NCBI GenBank assembly: GCA_964016885.1
Contig: OZ024741.1
Span: 343,232,001-343,296,000, forward strand
Reading direction: 5' to 3'
From: Eledone cirrhosa
Lineage: Eukaryota
DNA: 64,000 nt
Position 1 is the stretch's first letter. Every line of letters starts with the position of its first letter. Below the pieces are notes generated by a model. It did not search any database, was not told where the DNA came from, and was given only the letters and a program-made list of their open reading frames with translations. Shown piece after piece: positions 61,528-64,000 of the stretch. Made by a program: the position numbers and the translations under genes.

Positions 61528-61532
61528 ATGTG

Positions 61533-61625
61533 TGTAAAAGGTAAACAGAAATAACAACACAATAGGTACAGTATATGGAAGGGATATATTAGGTTAACGC
61601 TTGATATTGCAGGAAGAGGTTCTTA
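61533..61625 (-). mobile_element. 3' remnant of the 56218-56340 family
   Basis: gtaaaaggtaaacagaaataacaacac...aggaagaggttctta then (TA)n. Confidence 0.8.
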
Positions 61626-61904
61626 TATATATATATATATATATAGGATGTGAGCGCCTTTGTGTGTGGCATAAAAGGATGTATTCATATTAAAAAAATT
61701 CTTTGGATTATATTATAATTCCCAAGGAGAGCATATGAAATTGACAGACATACACATATACACCACTGTTAGATTCGTTGCAGGTAGACGTATACATATT
61801 TTGTGAGACAGTTCATTTTATTTATAGTGGTCGATATCCTGAATAAACCAGTCTTGCTGCTGTCGTTTTGCCAGTTCGTGCATGGAAAATTAGGCTCTAT
61901 ATAT

Positions 61905-62033
<129 letters not shown>

Positions 62034-62170
62034 TAAATATATCTGTGTTTGTGTGTGTTTACATATTCGTATATAATCGATGAATAGTTTCGCAGTCGTC
62101 GCAAACACCAGTTAATATATGGTGGTGTAAGCCGGGTTGCACACTCCATGTCTGTGTATGATGGAGTATA

Positions 62171-62203
<33 letters not shown>

Positions 62204-62668
62204 TGCCCTCAGCCAACGGGACTATTGGTCTCAGGTGTGGTCGAACCACAGTGTCAAAAGATGGCAGTATTTCAAGCAATTCAACGAAACTACACACAGA
62301 AGAGTGTCTCAATTAGGTGATGAGATACTGGGAAAGGTTGAAAGCTCTACTGTCTGAAACAGAACGGTAGTGACGCGCAATATATATATATATGGATGAT
62401 CCTGGAACGACTAGCACCATAATTTAGCATTGAGAGCTAGATCGACCCTCGGACAGGAGGTCGCTATGTCTCTAAGTTTATTAATGAAGTAAAGATATAA
62501 CAACCAACTATTCGTTTATAGCCTGTAATCTCTTCAAGCTTATTTCCCCAGAGCTAGTGGTCGGACCACTCTATATCTCATCATGCGTTGTGTAGATCTC
62601 TGATTTATGATAATCGTCGCGGTCTTCGCACCGCAGACACTCCATGCATCATATATATGTATGTATGA

Positions 62669-62716
<48 letters not shown>

Positions 62717-62758
62717 ATATATGAATGTATATATATATATATATATACATATATTCAT

Positions 62759-62804
<46 letters not shown>

Positions 62805-62873
62805 ATATAACACTGTTGATTTAACACTTCATTGCTCGCAAGTGTTATTTAAGCTTCATATCATGTCTCCCTA

Positions 62874-62940
62874 TTTTATCTGATGAGAACGCAATTACCA
62901 TCCCATGATGATATTTGTTTTTGAAATGCGCATAATAAAA
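62874..62940 (+). ncRNA. Type-I hammerhead
   Basis: ttttat CTGATGA gaac...gttttt GAAA tgcgca TA ataaaa. Confidence 0.78.
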
Positions 62941-63189
62941 CACATGGAACTCTTTTAACCATCTTTGATTTTATATTATATATATATATATATATATATA
63001 AATAAAATTTTATCGTTCGACTTTCGTCAAATCGGACCGAGGAAACAATGTTTCCATCACTCTTTCCAATTACTAAAACTGTGTATCAGTCGCAACTCCA
63101 GATAAAAGGAGCAACGTGAAATAAAGTGTCTTGCTCAAAGACATAACGCGTCGTCCGGTCCAGGAATCGAACTGACAAGGGCGATGCGT

Positions 63190-63220
<31 letters not shown>

Positions 63221-63374
63221 ATAATAATAATAAATTTGAAGACTAAAATCCAAAGAGGGCTCGATAAGGATAAATATATATCAAATATATAAGAACCGTA
63301 GAGAAAATATTTATTAAAATAACAGATTAAATCTGTTATTTTAATAAATATATATATATATATATATATTTGAA

Positions 63375-63558
63375 ATATAGAATTGGCTTCTACAGGACTA
63401 AAACTATTTCATTCGAAGGAAATCATCCGGCTTTCCTGATAATTTCCTTCGAATGAAACACTTCTAGTCCTGTAGAAGCCATTTCTATATTAAAAATTTA
63501 TACTCAACTATGTATTGAGTACCTTACTATTGTGATTACCCCCGATTGAAACCGGGAT

Positions 63559-63560
<2 letters not shown>
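63375..63560 (+). mobile_element. Fold-back HHR-element remnant with decayed cores
   Basis: ctgataa tttccttcgaat GAAA cact TC tag and inverted counterpart. Confidence 0.65.
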
Positions 63561-63653
<93 letters not shown>

Positions 63654-63659
63654 TTTTAT

Positions 63660-63758
63660 TAACCGCCGAGGTTAACTTTGCCTTTCAGCCTCACGGGGTC
63701 GATAAAATAAAGTACCAGTAATGTACTGTGAATTGCTGGCCTTGTGCAAAAGTAGAAA

Positions 63759-63760
<2 letters not shown>
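63660..63760 (+). mobile_element. SINE 3' fragment with (TTA)n tail
   Basis: Matches SINE consensus. Confidence 0.75.
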
Positions 63761-63795
<35 letters not shown>

Positions 63796-64000
63796 ATTAT
63801 TATTATTATTACTAGCAGAAAAACCAGCCTTCTGGTGGTTTTCTGCTAGCATGTGTAGTGTGTATATTGATATTATACGCAGGTATATATGCATGTAGAT
63901 ATGATCAAATAAAATCATAAAATCGTAATTGACAATATCCACAGAAATTGAACGAAGACTGCGTTACACTGTCTTATTTAATCAGTAACGTAATCCATGA

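Overview
AT-rich, microsatellite-saturated eukaryotic DNA with no host gene I can support; the tRNA-derived SINE consensus and repeat landscape resemble coleoid cephalopods (Octopus-like; inference). Nearly all listed short ORFs are microsatellite artefacts. Real coding remnants: a near full-length Penelope-like element (PLE; RT + GIY-YIG, two pLTRs), three R4/Dong-type RLE retrotransposons stacked in (TAA)n, a fourth R4/Dong-type element in (ATAC)n, a 5'-truncated RTE LINE with an open RT-zinc-finger frame, and CRE/CR1 fragments. Main hidden signal, read by eye: about 18 type-I hammerhead ribozyme (HHR) motifs with palindromic loop 3, including U3-A8 core variants. Several sit in non-coding ~425-595 bp units with terminal redundancy and circular permutation (retrozyme/circRNA-like). 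These units are inserted in (TA)n, often as head-to-head inverted pairs whose fold-back point lies inside the ribozyme. Coordinates are hand-counted and may be off by a few bases.
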